This document shows positions 40,509-51,627 of a stretch of 64,000 bases of DNA, one piece after another. The position numbers were made by a program, and so were the translations under genes. Position 1 is the stretch's first letter. Every line of letters begins with the position of its first letter. This DNA comes from an uncultured beta proteobacterium. Lineage in GTDB: Bacteria; Pseudomonadota; Gammaproteobacteria; Burkholderiales; Gallionellaceae. The stretch spans positions 155,273 through 219,272 of the forward strand of contig CAVVRT010000003.1 in the NCBI GenBank assembly GCA_963750775.1, read 5' to 3'. Under the pieces are notes generated by a model. It saw only the letters and a program-made list of their open reading frames with translations, did not search any database and was not told the origin of the DNA.

Positions 40509-41578
40509 TCGCTGACCTTGAATCCTTCCGCCGCGCTACTGCGCGCGTCTTTGTCGCGGCTAGCACGATAGTTGCGCACTTGTATCAAGCTGTTATTGAT
40601 GTCGGGCAATTCGATGTTGATGCTTGCGGTTGCTAGGATCTTTAAGCCTTTTAAGACGCGCTTAGTGTCGTCATCTTGGGTGGCAAAATAATCATTCAGC
40701 CATTGCTGCATGGCTTTGATTTCGTGCTTAAACGCCACTTCATCACGCGCCAACAAATTCATTCGCGCCAGTAAAAAATGCAGCTTGAGATTTTCGCGCA
40801 AGAAAAATTCTTGCTCAGGCGGCAGCAATGGCAGCTCGACACGTTGGGTGTTTTGGATGCGTATCAGTTGGCTAAATTCTTGCCAAATTTCACTGAGCAA
40901 GGCTTGCCAACGGCTCTCGTTGGTGGGTGGCGCGGACAGTGTGGCGGGCGCAGTGGGCTCGTGCAATTCTGACCACAACGGCAAGTCATCCACGCTGGCT
41001 AATAAATTATCCAGTTGCACACTCATACCCGCCACATCCACCACAGGCAAAGCGCGCAGCTTGTCCATGTCACGCGCAATCGCCTGACGCAAGCCATGCA
41101 AACTAGGGCGGTTCATGCGTTGCAAGCGCGCATCGGCGGTTTGCATGGCAATCAGCGCGGCTTTGACATTGGCGGAGAGTTGTAATTGTTGATTGGCAAT
41201 CAATAACGATTGCTCGACTTCAGCCAGAGCGGTTTCATCGCGACTACTGGAAAGCTCGTTGTATAAGGCTTCTAGAGCAGCACGTTGTCCTTGTGACTCG
41301 GCATAACGCGCCTCCAGCAGGGCAAGTTTGGCGGCAATGTCGCGCGTGTCTTCTTGGGTCTTTTCCAACAGCACGCTGTTAACCTGATTGTCGCTGTCCA
41401 TCTCGGCGAGCTTTTCTGCAACTTGTGTGCTGACGGTATGAAGTTCGTGCTGCGCGAACAGCCATTGCGCGATAAAAATCACCACCAATACCGCGAGGGT
41501 GAGTTGCGTCAACGTCGCGTGCGCCAGCCTGTCCATCAAGCGCGGCGTAGGGTGAGTTGCGGGGGGAATTTTGCTCAT
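40505..41578 (-). CDS. hemX: HemX family protein
   Basis: N-terminal TM, ALAEVEQSL.IANQQLQL, FFLRENLKL; hemCDX context. Confidence 0.9.
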   Translation of the reverse strand: MSKIPPATHPTPRLMDRLAHATLTQLTLAVLVVIFIAQWLFAQHELHTVSTQVAEKLAEMDSDNQVNSVLLEKTQEDTRDIAAKLALLEARYAESQGQRAALEALYNELSSSRDETALAEVEQSLLIANQQLQLSANVKAALIAMQTADARLQRMNRPSLHGLRQAIARDMDKLRALPVVDVAGMSVQLDNLLASVDDLPLWSELHEPTAPATLSAPPTNESRWQALLSEIWQEFSQLIRIQNTQRVELPLLPPEQEFFLRENLKLHFLLARMNLLARDEVAFKHEIKAMQQWLNDYFATQDDDTKRVLKGLKILATASINIELPDINNSLIQVRNYRASRDKDARSSAAEGFKVSE

Positions 41579-42363
41579 GGCGTTCCTTTCAAATCACATT
41601 GCGCGACTAAGGCAGCGAGCAATCCCGCATCGCCAGCGTCGGTCAGCGTCACATTTTGCCAGCCTTGTTGGACGGCTAACTGGGCGATGCGTGCGTGTGG
41701 CACAAATAGCGGCGTGGCGAGCAGCTCTAAATGACTATCGAGCAGGGTGCGCAAATAGCTGAGAGCTTCGCTGCTGGTGACGGTGATGACATCGGGCGGG
41801 TCGCGCAGCACATCGGCTAGCGTGACCACCGCTGCGCTGCGCTGATAACAACTGGCATATTCAACGCTTGCGCCGCGCGCTTTGAGTGTGTCGCCTAACA
41901 GCTCGCGTCCGCCGTCGCCGCGCAAAATCATCACCCGCTGACCTTGCATGTCGCGCAGTTCGGGCAATGCCAACAAGGCTTCGCTGTCTGATTGTAGTAA
42001 CGGCACTAGCAGATTTTGCACGCCAAATTCACGCAAACTTTGCGCACTACTCGCGCCTATGCAGGCGACTTTTTTCGGCAAGCTCGCGTGTGCCGCCGCA
42101 ATCGCCCCCATACTGTATTGCACCGCATTGGGACTGATAAAAATGGCTAAATCAAAATCGCTCAAATGCGCTAATTGTTGCTGCAAAAGTGCGGGATTTT
42201 CTACCGCGCGGATGGCTAGCAAGGGCAGCAAAATCGCGCGTCCGCCTAGCTGGTTAATGTGCTTAACCAGCGACTGCGCTTGCGCTTTGGGGCGGGTTAC
42301 CAAAACGCTCAAGCCCCGCAACGGCAGAGCGGTTGCGGGGCTTGAGGGCGTTACGTTAGGCAT
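41575..42363 (-). CDS. hemD: Uroporphyrinogen-III synthase
   Basis: VLVTRP, FISPNAV, DSEALL, RGDGGRE, TSSEAL. Confidence 0.95.
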   Translation of the reverse strand: MPNVTPSSPATALPLRGLSVLVTRPKAQAQSLVKHINQLGGRAILLPLLAIRAVENPALLQQQLAHLSDFDLAIFISPNAVQYSMGAIAAAHASLPKKVACIGASSAQSLREFGVQNLLVPLLQSDSEALLALPELRDMQGQRVMILRGDGGRELLGDTLKARGASVEYASCYQRSAAVVTLADVLRDPPDVITVTSSEALSYLRTLLDSHLELLATPLFVPHARIAQLAVQQGWQNVTLTDAGDAGLLAALVAQCDLKGTP

Positions 42364-42377
42364 ACTGAGTGTGGTTT

Positions 42378-43328
42378 TTACAGCGCGAGTGCGGCAAGAA
42401 TTTTGTCCGCACCTTGCGCGCGTAAAGCACTGGCGATTTGATTGCCCAAGACTACTGGCTGGCTCAACTCACCCGTTGCTTCGGCGCGCATCATTTCGCC
42501 CCCGTCTGGGCTGGCGACAAATCCGCGCATATAAAGCTGCCCATTTTTGACTTGCGCAAATCCGCCCAACGGCACCTGGCAACTGCCGCCCAAAGCGCGG
42601 CTCATGGCGCGTTCCGCCAACACGCACGCGGCGGAATCGGCATGGTGCAAGGCTTGCAAACAGGCAATTACATCGGCGCGATCGGCGCGACATTCAATGC
42701 CTAACGCGCCTTGACCGACGGCGGGCAAACTGTCTTCGCTGGCAATCACAGTGCGGATGCGTGCGCCCAAGCCTAAGCGTTTCAATCCTGCTGCCGCCAA
42801 AATAATCGCGGCATATTGACCTTCGTCGAGTTTGCGTAAACGCGTTTGTACGTTGCCGCGCAAGGGTTGGATGTCGAGGTGTGGAAAGCGCGCGCGCAAC
42901 TGACTTTCGCGCCGCAAGCTGGACGTGCCGACCACGCTGCCCGCAGGAAGCGCGGCGAGATTGTCAAAATGATTCGATACAAATGCGTCCAATGGATCTT
43001 CGCGTTCGCCGATGGCGGCGAGTACAAAACCGTCGGGCAAATTCATCGGTACGTCTTTGAGTGAATGTACCGCGAGGTCGGCACGACCGTCTTCTAGCGC
43101 GGTTTCTAGTTCTTTAACGAACAAGCCTTTGCCACCAATTTTCGACAAAGTCACATCGAGAATTTGGTCGCCTTGAGTGGTCATGCCTAGGATGCTGACT
43201 TCAGTTTGCGGATATAATGCGCGCAGTCTGTCTCGAATATGTTGGGCTTGCCACATGGCTAACGCGCTTTCGCGCGAGGCAATCACTAAGCGAGACGGTG
43301 GGGTTTTTGCAGCCTGACTCATAAACAT
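42378..43328 (-). CDS. hemC: Hydroxymethylbilane synthase
   Basis: [44 protein letters not shown]; start 43328 or 43322. Confidence 0.97.
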   Translation of the reverse strand: MFMSQAAKTPPSRLVIASRESALAMWQAQHIRDRLRALYPQTEVSILGMTTQGDQILDVTLSKIGGKGLFVKELETALEDGRADLAVHSLKDVPMNLPDGFVLAAIGEREDPLDAFVSNHFDNLAALPAGSVVGTSSLRRESQLRARFPHLDIQPLRGNVQTRLRKLDEGQYAAIILAAAGLKRLGLGARIRTVIASEDSLPAVGQGALGIECRADRADVIACLQALHHADSAACVLAERAMSRALGGSCQVPLGGFAQVKNGQLYMRGFVASPDGGEMMRAEATGELSQPVVLGNQIASALRAQGADKILAALAL

Positions 43329-43401
43329 TTCCTGATTTATCTTTATTAATTTGCGGCGCATTCTAGCATAGGGTGCGTCGCACTTTTGTGCCGAGAACAT
43401 A

Positions 43402-46167
43402 ATGAATTTTAGTGCCGCTACCAGCGATATTTCCAGTAAAGATTTGCCTCTGCGCGACGACGTGCGACTGCTTGGTCGCATTTTGGGCGAGACACTGCGC
43501 GAACAGGAAGGTCAAGCCTCGTATGACTTAATCGAGAACGTGCGCCGTGCGGCGGTGCGTTTTCGCAAAACTCAAGACGAGCGCGATCGCGTCGAGCTGG
43601 ATAAAACGTTAGACGCAATGTCGCCTAGCGAAACGCTGGTGGTGGTACGCGCCTTTAGCTACTTTTCGCAGCTTTCCAATATCGCCGAAGACTTGCATCA
43701 CAACCGTCGTCATCGCGCGCATCTCACTGCGGGCACAGCGCACAAAGACGGCAGCTTAACGCTGGCACTAGATCGCATCGAAGCCAAAAAACTGGATAAA
43801 AAAACACTACAAAGCTTTCTCGATAGCGCGGTGATTTCGCCTGTTTTGACGGCGCACCCGACCGAGGTGCAACGCAAGAGTATTTTGGATTGTCAGTTGA
43901 TTATTTCGCGCTTGTTGTCGGATCGCGATCGCGTCGATATGACTCCCGACGATTTGGCAGAAAACGAAGAAGCCTTGCATCGTTTTGTATTGATTTTGTG
44001 GCAGACACGCATGTTGCGCACCGCCAAACTCACCGTCGCCGATGAGATTAAAAATGGCTTGGAGTTTTATCGTTACACCTTTCTGTCAGAGATTCCGAAA
44101 ATTTATGCGGGACTCGAAAAACAGCTTGAAGCGCGTTTTGATAAAGACATTAAAGTGCCGCCATTGTTGCGCGTGGGTAGTTGGATCGGTGGCGATCGCG
44201 ACGGCAATCCTTTCGTTACGCACGACGTGATGGACTATGCGGTGCAGCAACATTCGGCTTTGGTGCTGGAACATTATTTGAGCGAAACGCATTTGCTTGG
44301 TCGTCGTTTGAGTTTGACCGACCGCTTGGTTGATGTCAGCGACGCGTTGCGCAAACTGTCCGATGCTTCGCCCGATAAATCACAAAATCGCAACGATGAG
44401 CCGTATCGTCGTGCGCTGATTTTGATTTACTCGCGCTTGTCGGCAACCGCCAAACAATTAGGTCACGAAATTTCGCATTTGCCGCCTGTCGATAAAAATG
44501 CCGCGCCTTATCCGACGGCGGCAGAATTTATTGCCGACTTGGATGTGTTGGTTGAGTCCTTGTTCAAGCATGGCGCGGTGTATTTGGCACGCGGTCGTTT
44601 GGCGAATTTACGCCGTGCTGCCGAAGTATTTGGCTTTCATTTAGCTCCCTTGGACATGCGCCAACACAGTGCGATTTTGCAGCAAACCGTGAGCGAATTA
44701 TTGGGCACGGGCGCGGCGTATGACGCACTCGACGAAGCGGCTAAACGTCAAGTTTTGTTGGCGGCGTTGCAAGCGAATAAAATTTTGCTGGGCAACATCG
44801 ACAGCTATTCCACCGTCGCACAAAGCGAGTTGCGCATCATGCAAACTGCCGCGACGCTGCATCAGCGTTTTGGTCGCGCTGCCTTGCCGAATCACATTAT
44901 TTCCAAGACCGATGCGGTCAGCGACATGCTCGAATTAGCGTTGCTGATGCAGCAAGTTGGTTTGCTCGACAGCGGCAAAAATCCTGCTTTGCACGTCAAC
45001 ATTATTCCGCTGTTTGAAACCATCGAAGACTTGCGTAGTTGCGGGCCGATTATGGAACAGCTGTTCTCGATTCCGTATTACCGCGCGCTGCTGAAGTCGC
45101 GCGGCGACACGCAAGAAGTGATGCTTGGGTATTCCGACAGCAACAAAGACGGCGGCTATTTGACGGCGAATTGGGAGCTCTACAAAGCCGAGCTGGTGTT
45201 GGTTGAAGTGTTCAAAAAACACGGCGTTGAGTTGCGTTTATTCCACGGTCGCGGCGGTACGGTTGGTCGCGGCGGCGGCCCTAGCTACGATGCGATTTTG
45301 GCGCAACCGCCAGGCAGCGTGAACGGACAAATCCGTATCACCGAGCAAGGCGAGGTGATTTCGAGCAAGTATTCCAATCCCGAAATCGGTCGCCGTAATT
45401 TGGAAACCATGATTGCCGCAACCATGGAAGCGACGCTGCTGCATCACCACGGCGACGACAGCGCGATGCCGGAATATCACCGCGTCATGGAGCAATTGAG
45501 CCTGAATGCTTTTGCCGCATATCGTAAGTTGGTCTATGAAACCCCGGGTTTCACTGAGTATTTTTTCATTGCCACACCGATACGCGAAATTGCCGAACTC
45601 AATATCGGCAGCCGTCCTTCGGCACGCAAAGCCTCGGACAAAATCGAAGACTTACGCGCCATTCCGTGGGTGTTTAGCTGGGGCTTAAACCGCACCTTAT
45701 TGCCAGGCTGGTTAGGCTTTGGCAGCGCGGTCAAACAGTTCATCGCCAAAGAAGGCGAGGCCGGTTTAGCGCAGTTGCAAGCCATGTATCAAAACTGGGC
45801 CTTCTTCCGTGGCTTGATGTCCAACATGGACATGGTGCTGTCGAAAACCGATATGGGTATCGCGGCGAGTTATTCCGAGTTGGTCAAAGATGTGGATTTG
45901 CGCACACGCATTTTTGGCGCGATTAACCAAGAACATGATGACACCTTGGCGATGCTATTTCAGGTCACGGGCAACACCAGTTTGCTGCAAGACAATCCCG
46001 CGTTTGCGCGCAGTTTGTTGACCCGCACCCCCTACATCGACCCGCTCAATCACCTGCAAGTTGCACTGTTGTTGCGCCATCGCGCAGGTGATAACGACGA
46101 GCTGGTCAAGCGTGCGATTCATCTCACCATCAACGGTATTGCGACGGGCTTGCGTAATAGCGGCTAG
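43402..46167 (+). CDS. ppc: Phosphoenolpyruvate carboxylase
   Basis: [51 protein letters not shown]. Confidence 0.98.
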   Translation: MNFSAATSDISSKDLPLRDDVRLLGRILGETLREQEGQASYDLIENVRRAAVRFRKTQDERDRVELDKTLDAMSPSETLVVVRAFSYFSQLSNIAEDLHHNRRHRAHLTAGTAHKDGSLTLALDRIEAKKLDKKTLQSFLDSAVISPVLTAHPTEVQRKSILDCQLIISRLLSDRDRVDMTPDDLAENEEALHRFVLILWQTRMLRTAKLTVADEIKNGLEFYRYTFLSEIPKIYAGLEKQLEARFDKDIKVPPLLRVGSWIGGDRDGNPFVTHDVMDYAVQQHSALVLEHYLSETHLLGRRLSLTDRLVDVSDALRKLSDASPDKSQNRNDEPYRRALILIYSRLSATAKQLGHEISHLPPVDKNAAPYPTAAEFIADLDVLVESLFKHGAVYLARGRLANLRRAAEVFGFHLAPLDMRQHSAILQQTVSELLGTGAAYDALDEAAKRQVLLAALQANKILLGNIDSYSTVAQSELRIMQTAATLHQRFGRAALPNHIISKTDAVSDMLELALLMQQVGLLDSGKNPALHVNIIPLFETIEDLRSCGPIMEQLFSIPYYRALLKSRGDTQEVMLGYSDSNKDGGYLTANWELYKAELVLVEVFKKHGVELRLFHGRGGTVGRGGGPSYDAILAQPPGSVNGQIRITEQGEVISSKYSNPEIGRRNLETMIAATMEATLLHHHGDDSAMPEYHRVMEQLSLNAFAAYRKLVYETPGFTEYFFIATPIREIAELNIGSRPSARKASDKIEDLRAIPWVFSWGLNRTLLPGWLGFGSAVKQFIAKEGEAGLAQLQAMYQNWAFFRGLMSNMDMVLSKTDMGIAASYSELVKDVDLRTRIFGAINQEHDDTLAMLFQVTGNTSLLQDNPAFARSLLTRTPYIDPLNHLQVALLLRHRAGDNDELVKRAIHLTINGIATGLRNSG

Positions 46168-46188
46168 TCATTAACAAGTGGTCGCAAT

Positions 46189-46225
46189 AAAAAACAGCCG
46201 AGGATTTTTGCTCGGCTGTTTTTTT
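46189..46225. terminator. Bidirectional terminator
   Basis: AAAAAACAGCCGAG..CTCGGCTGTTTTTTT. Confidence 0.85.
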
Positions 46226-46234
46226 ATTGATTTT

Positions 46235-46441
46235 TTAATGATGTTGCAGATATAGCTGTTCCAGTTTCGCCCGCGCCCACGGCGTGCGGCGCAAAAACTT
46301 TAGGCTTGATTTCACACTGGGGTCATGCGTAAAACAGCGCACTGGAATCGCCTCACCCATCGCAGTCCACCCCATATTTTCTGCCAATTGTGTGACCATC
46401 ATCTCTAGTGTGATGCCGTCTAAATTTTTCACCTTATTCAT
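46235..46441 (-). CDS. VF530/DUF2132-like small protein
   Basis: LDGITLEMMV, CF..DPSVKSSLKFLRRTPWARAK.E.LY. Confidence 0.85.
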   Translation of the reverse strand: MNKVKNLDGITLEMMVTQLAENMGWTAMGEAIPVRCFTHDPSVKSSLKFLRRTPWARAKLEQLYLQHH

Positions 46442-47738
46442 CTCCTACCTCATTTTTTAGTATCGCTAAAGCCTGCGCCAGTTCGGCAAACATAGGACGC
46501 ATCTCGACCTGTTCAGCCACACAGCGGCGTTGCAACACCCATAAATTTTCCAGCCTAGTCGATGCGCAGCGTTGCAATAATTCTGCTAGCAAGCAACCAA
46601 AGGCACGCACCTCGATTTGCTGCAAAGCGTGCGCGTCATGCGCCATAAAACTCGCTGCACCAAAATCACCTAACAATGCCTCGCCAGGCGCGTTGTACAA
46701 AATGTTATGCGCATATAAATCGCCATGCAAAATGCCGCGTGCGTGCAAATGTGCGACAGCGGCGGCGATGCCGTGCGCCAAATTTAACAATGCCGAGCGC
46801 GCGAATTTTTGTCCATGCGCATACACATCACGCGTACACGATTGCAAACTGGGCGGCGCGGCGAGCGTCCGAAAATCGTTGCCAACCAATGGCATCACCA
46901 ACCCCGCTGCGTCTTGTGGATGTTGAGTTAGCTTGCCGTGCGCAGCAATTACATTGGGGTGGTTTCCTGCCGCCAGACAGGCGGATTTTTCACTCGCAGG
47001 CAAGCCATCGCTGGTCAGCGCGCCTTTGAATAACTTTACTGCCACCGCTTGCTCACCTCGCCAAATCGCTTGATGAATCACGCCTGATGCGCCTTCGCCC
47101 AACTGCTGTTGCAGCTCTAAATCATGCCAATTGATGCACGCAATTTCTTGCACAGCCAGCAGCGCATCTTGTTGCGCATCACTAAACGGATTACCTGCAC
47201 ACGCCAGCCAAGCCAAGCGCGGCATGGACAACAGCCATTCGGGGAGTTGTGCGAAACGATTCGCCGCGATGCGCAGCAGTTCCAAATTACGACACGCCGC
47301 TAATTCTTGCGGCAGACTTTGTAAACGATTTCCCGCCAGCATCAACTTTTGCAACTGCGTACAGCGACCCAATTCACGCGGCACTTCTGTCAGTTGATTG
47401 TCGGTCAAAATCAGCCAGCGCAACAACGTTGGAATGGCAGCGGCAGAAAAATGTTTTATCTGATTCGCCTTGAAGCCCACCATCGTCAAATGCGGGCAGC
47501 GCCCCAATACTTCGGGCAACTCGGTAAATAAATTATCCGAACAAAAAATCACCCGCAGCTTATGTAAATGCGGTAAATCATCAGGTAACGCTGATAGCTG
47601 ATTACCAGACAGATTGAGTATCTCCAGCGTGTCCGCGAGTTGAAAAATCTCAGTTGGAAAAGTCGTTAAACCGCAGGATAAATCGAGGCGGGTAATGCCA
47701 GCTAATTGACCGGCGCGTAGTTGGGTGAGTGTGTCCAT
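46434..47738 (-). CDS. Leucine-rich-repeat protein with C-terminal Ser/Thr kinase domain
   Basis: LRRs (LEILNLSGNQLSALP etc.); LGEGASG, VAVK, HGDLYAHN, GDFG. Confidence 0.9.
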   Translation of the reverse strand: MDTLTQLRAGQLAGITRLDLSCGLTTFPTEIFQLADTLEILNLSGNQLSALPDDLPHLHKLRVIFCSDNLFTELPEVLGRCPHLTMVGFKANQIKHFSAAAIPTLLRWLILTDNQLTEVPRELGRCTQLQKLMLAGNRLQSLPQELAACRNLELLRIAANRFAQLPEWLLSMPRLAWLACAGNPFSDAQQDALLAVQEIACINWHDLELQQQLGEGASGVIHQAIWRGEQAVAVKLFKGALTSDGLPASEKSACLAAGNHPNVIAAHGKLTQHPQDAAGLVMPLVGNDFRTLAAPPSLQSCTRDVYAHGQKFARSALLNLAHGIAAAVAHLHARGILHGDLYAHNILYNAPGEALLGDFGAASFMAHDAHALQQIEVRAFGCLLAELLQRCASTRLENLWVLQRRCVAEQVEMRPMFAELAQALAILKNEVGDE

Positions 47739-47925
47739 AAATTGGGCTATATTCCTGATACTAGGGTGTCAATAAGCGTATTGCATAGACTATTCGGCGG
47801 CGGATTATAGCGATGCCGAACCTGTAAAACCGCCCTAAAAAATTTATGTTGTCGTCCCCGATTTGTTACACCCCTGGTGAATGCCCCTGCTAAAATCCGC
47901 GCCCTTCATTTCACACGCTTTCATC

Positions 47926-49347
47926 ATGCTAATCTGGTTCGTAGGCTTGTATTTATGCTTGTCGGTGGGTATCGGCATTTACGCTTCGACGCGGGTGCAT
48001 AACGCGCGCGACTTTGTGGTGGCGGGGCGCAATTTGCCTTTGCCTATCGTGACGGCGACGGTGTTCGCAACTTGGTTTGGCGCGGAAACAGTGTTGGGAA
48101 TTTCCGCGACTTTTGTCAAAGAAGGCTTGAGCGGCGTGGTCGCCGATCCGTTCGGTGCGAGCTTGTGTTTGATTATCGCGGGGCTATTTTTCGCACCGCT
48201 TTTATACCGTATGAATTTGCTCACCATCGGCGATTATTATCGGCAACGCTATAGCCGCGCGGTGGAATTATTGATGACGATTTGCATCATGGTTTCTTAT
48301 TTGGGCTGGGTGTCCGCGCAGGTGGTGGCATTGGGGCTGGTGTTCAATATCGTCAGCGGCGGTGTGGTGTCTGAGCCAGCTGGCATGGTCATCGGCACGG
48401 CTATTGTATTGACGTACACCATGTTCGGCGGGATGTGGTCGGTGGCGTTATTAGACTTCGTGCAAATGACGGTAATTATGGCGGGCATGTTGCTCATCGC
48501 TTATTTGGTCAGCGGGCAAGTCGGCGGTGTGGGCGCGGTGGTGCAACAGGCGAGTGACACGGGCAAATTAAAGTTTTTCCCGCACGGCGGAGTGGAGGTT
48601 TGGATACCGTTTATCGGCGCGTGGCTGACCATGATGCTGGGTTCAATTCCGCAACAAGACGTGTTCCAACGCATGACTTCCGCTAAGGACGAAAAGACTG
48701 CGGTGCGTGGTTCGGTGCTGGGCGGCGTGTTGTATTTCGCGTTCGCTTTTGTGCCGATGTTTTTGGCATTTTCCGCCACACTTATCGACCCGAAAGTGTT
48801 CGGCGAATTGATACAGAGCAACACGCAAATGGTATTGCCGACGTTGATTTTGGAGCACACCCCCGTCATCGCGCAGGTGTTCTTTTTTGGCGCGTTATTG
48901 TCGGCGATTATGAGTACCGCTTCCGCTACTTTGTTGGCACCCTCGGTAATGTTCACCGAGAATATTCTCAAACATTTCGCGCTGAAAAATATGAGCGATA
49001 AACAAATGCTGCAAACCATGCGCATCATCGTCATCGCCTTTGGCGGCATGGTGTTGTGGTCGGCGTTGCACGCGGACACCAGCATTATGAAAATGGTCGA
49101 GAACGCCTACAAAATCACGCTGGTCGGCGCGTTTGTGCCGCTGGCGTTCGGGCTGTATTGGCAACGCGCCAATACCCAAGGCGCGTTAGTCTCTATCGTG
49201 CTGGGTCTGTCCAGCTGGTTGTTGATGGAGTTCATCCACCCCGATACTTATTGGCCGCCACAACTAGTGGGATTGCTGTTCAGCTTGGCGGGCATGATAG
49301 TCGGCTCCTGGCTGCCCAACTATTTGCAGCGTGATGTTCGCGATTAA
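47926..49347 (+). CDS. Sodium:solute symporter family protein
   Basis: DFVVAGR, ATWFGAE, YTMFGGMWSV, GSIPQQDVFQR, AIMST. Confidence 0.9.
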   Translation: MLIWFVGLYLCLSVGIGIYASTRVHNARDFVVAGRNLPLPIVTATVFATWFGAETVLGISATFVKEGLSGVVADPFGASLCLIIAGLFFAPLLYRMNLLTIGDYYRQRYSRAVELLMTICIMVSYLGWVSAQVVALGLVFNIVSGGVVSEPAGMVIGTAIVLTYTMFGGMWSVALLDFVQMTVIMAGMLLIAYLVSGQVGGVGAVVQQASDTGKLKFFPHGGVEVWIPFIGAWLTMMLGSIPQQDVFQRMTSAKDEKTAVRGSVLGGVLYFAFAFVPMFLAFSATLIDPKVFGELIQSNTQMVLPTLILEHTPVIAQVFFFGALLSAIMSTASATLLAPSVMFTENILKHFALKNMSDKQMLQTMRIIVIAFGGMVLWSALHADTSIMKMVENAYKITLVGAFVPLAFGLYWQRANTQGALVSIVLGLSSWLLMEFIHPDTYWPPQLVGLLFSLAGMIVGSWLPNYLQRDVRD

Positions 49348-49409
49348 AAACTGCACGAATTAAGTTAGTCAAAAGCCAACCGTTAAAATCTCAACATCAC
49401 GAACTAGCC

Positions 49410-49625
49410 ATGAAAAAACTTCTTATCGCAGGACTCTCGGATGCCGCAGGCTTTAGTGGCGGCGCATTACTAGGCTTTTTTTTAGGTAAAGCCATCGGTG
49501 CCGATGTATTTGCAGCGGGCTACGGCAACGCCAGCATGGTCGGGATTTTGCTGTGTGGATTAGGCGGCGGAGCAGGATTGCAAGTGGCGCGCTTGGTATT
49601 GAGCAAGCTGCGAAAAAAATCATGA
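49410..49625 (+). CDS. Small glycine-rich membrane protein
   Basis: 71 aa with two hydrophobic Gly-rich segments; followed by a terminator. Confidence 0.6.
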   Translation: MKKLLIAGLSDAAGFSGGALLGFFLGKAIGADVFAAGYGNASMVGILLCGLGGGAGLQVARLVLSKLRKKS

Positions 49626-49655
49626 ACCATCATCAGTATTGCATCCGCCGTAATT

Positions 49656-49689
49656 AAAAATGCCGCACTTTTGAGTGCGGCATTTTTTT
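49656..49689. terminator. Bidirectional terminator
   Basis: AAAAATGCCGCAC..GTGCGGCATTTTTTT. Confidence 0.85.
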
Positions 49690-49700
49690 GCGCCGTGTTT

Positions 49701-50519
49701 TTATTCCAGCCAAATAAAGCTCGCCATGCGTCCTGTCACGCCATCGCGGCGATAGGAAAAAAAAGTGTCGGATTCGGTGTAAGTGCAGCGCTCGCCGCCG
49801 TAGATTTGCGTGATGCCTAAGGCTTGCAAACGTAGGCGCGCCAAGGCGTATAGGTCAGCGTGGAATTTTTGTGTTGCACTGTGTTCACCACTCGCCCCCT
49901 CACCCCAGCCCTCTCCCTGCGGGGGCGAGGGAGTAAAGGCAGCGGCATTCGCGGGATTTTGTGCGACAAAAATATCACGCACTTCCGCGCCGACTTCAAA
50001 GGCGGCTTGGCTAATCGCTGGGCCTAGCCACGCCATGATCTGCATGGGTTGCTGCGTGCTTTCGCGAGCAGGACTGGCTTCTACAAAATCCTGCGTTTGC
50101 ATCGCACTCACGGTCGCTTCAATTACGCCCGCTGCCAAGCCACGCCAGCCCGCATGGACTGCTGCAACGACAGTGCCTTGTGTGTCGCATAACAAAATCG
50201 GCAGGCAATCGGCGGTCATCACTACGCAAACCGCGCCGCGTTTTGTCGCGATACACGCGTCGGCGATTTCGCGGCAGTTAGCAGCATCGGCATTCGCCAC
50301 GCGCGTGCCGTGCACTTGCTCTAGCCACACGGGTTCGCTGGGCAGCAGGGTGTTGAGTGCGTTGCGATTACGCGCCACCACCAGCGGCGCATCGCCGACA
50401 TGAGTGCCGAGATTGAGGCTGTGATAGGGCGCACAGCTGTTGCCGCCGCTGCGCGTGGTTTGCAGTGCGCGCACTTTAGCGGGGGCAGGCCAATCGGGAC
50501 GGATAGAGGGGATATTCAT
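49701..50519 (-). CDS. pgeF: YfiH/PgeF family protein
   Basis: PDWPAP, LNLG.HVGD, LEQVHG, TADCLP, HAGWRG, LGPAI, FSYRRDG.TGRMA; ATG at 50519. Confidence 0.95.
   Translation of the reverse strand: MNIPSIRPDWPAPAKVRALQTTRSGGNSCAPYHSLNLGTHVGDAPLVVARNRNALNTLLPSEPVWLEQVHGTRVANADAANCREIADACIATKRGAVCVVMTADCLPILLCDTQGTVVAAVHAGWRGLAAGVIEATVSAMQTQDFVEASPARESTQQPMQIMAWLGPAISQAAFEVGAEVRDIFVAQNPANAAAFTPSPPQGEGWGEGASGEHSATQKFHADLYALARLRLQALGITQIYGGERCTYTESDTFFSYRRDGVTGRMASFIWLE
49897..49931. repeat. Palindromic repeat copy in frame within pgeF
   Basis: CCCTCACCCCAGCCCTCTCCCTGCGGGGGCGAGGG encodes PSPPQGEGWGEG on the minus strand. Confidence 0.85.
50061..50084. repeat. GTAG-type REP-like unit in frame within pgeF
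   Basis: Reverse complement GTAGAAGCCAGTCCTGCTCGCGAA (VEASPARE) resembles GTAG-tagged REP units. Confidence 0.5.
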
Positions 50520-50541
50520 CGCAGCAAAACGCAGTACCAGA

Positions 50542-51627
50542 CTATTTTTGCAACTCGCGCGCTTCGGCTTGTTTGACTTCGCGCTGTACTTCGCGCAATA
50601 AATTTTGCATGTCTTGCGGCATGGCAACGTGCCATTCCATGGCCTCTCCTGTGCTGGGGTGCGCTAACGCCAAACGGGTGGCGTGTAAGGCTTGGCGGGT
50701 AAAGCCATTCAGCACAGTGCGCAAATAAATCACGCATTTTTGCCCGCCTTGGATATACACCGAGTCGCCGACCAGTGGATGTTTGAGGTGCGCCATGTGC
50801 ACGCGGATTTGATGCGTGCGACCTGTTTCTAAACGACAGCGCAACAAAGTGCAGCTAGGAAATTGCCGCTCAACCACATAGTGCGTGACCGCTGGTTTGC
50901 CGCCTTCCACCACCGCCATTTTGACGCGGTTGCTGGGATGGCGGTCGATGTCGGCATCGACTGTGCCGCCGCGCGAAATTTCGCCCCACACCAAGGCTAA
51001 GTATTCGCGCTTCACACTGCGCTCTTGCAACTGACGCACCAAGGCGGTTTGCGAAATGAGCGTTTTTGCCACCACCATCAAGCCGCTGGTGTCTTTATCT
51101 AAACGATGCACGATGCCCGCGCGCGGCACGTCTTTGAGCTGCGGCGCGTAATGCAGCAAGGCGTTGAGCAGCGTGCCGTCTGGGTTGCCATTGCCAGGAT
51201 GCACCACCAAACCGACGGGCTTGTTGATGACGATTAGCTCGTCGTCTTCAAACAAGATGTCGAGCTGAATGTCTTCGGCGATGTAAGGTTGCTCGGCGAG
51301 GTTGGCTTGTGGGTTGACGCTAATTTTTTCGCCGCCCCACACTTTTTCTTTGCTTAACGATGGCGCGCCATTCACCAGCACTTGCTGTTGCAGCACCCAC
51401 TCTTGCAAGCGGCTGCGTGAATACTCAGGGAAAAATTTCACTAGGGCTTGATCGAGACGCAAGCCTGCGTATTCATCGGGAACAACGACATGAAATTCGC
51501 GCAGCGAGGCACTCGCCTCCTCTCCCGCTAGCGGGAGAGGGTTGAGGTGGGGGTTGGTCGAATCCGATAGAGAAGGAGCGGCGGGGTTTACGCTATAATC
51601 GCGCAAATTTTTTTCTGGATTAGTCAT
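50542..51627 (-). CDS. rluD: 23S rRNA pseudouridine(1911/1915/1917) synthase
   Basis: S4 domain (GLRLDQAL), VVHPGNG, GIVHRLDKDTSGL, LETGRTHQIRVH, QALHA; probable start MTNPEK at 51627. Confidence 0.95.
   Translation of the reverse strand: MTNPEKNLRDYSVNPAAPSLSDSTNPHLNPLPLAGEEASASLREFHVVVPDEYAGLRLDQALVKFFPEYSRSRLQEWVLQQQVLVNGAPSLSKEKVWGGEKISVNPQANLAEQPYIAEDIQLDILFEDDELIVINKPVGLVVHPGNGNPDGTLLNALLHYAPQLKDVPRAGIVHRLDKDTSGLMVVAKTLISQTALVRQLQERSVKREYLALVWGEISRGGTVDADIDRHPSNRVKMAVVEGGKPAVTHYVVERQFPSCTLLRCRLETGRTHQIRVHMAHLKHPLVGDSVYIQGGQKCVIYLRTVLNGFTRQALHATRLALAHPSTGEAMEWHVAMPQDMQNLLREVQREVKQAEARELQK
51519..51553. repeat. Palindromic repeat copy in frame in the rluD N-terminus
   Basis: CCTCTCCCGCTAGCGGGAGAGGGTTGAGGTGGGGG encodes PHLNPLPLAGE on the minus strand. 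Confidence 0.8.
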
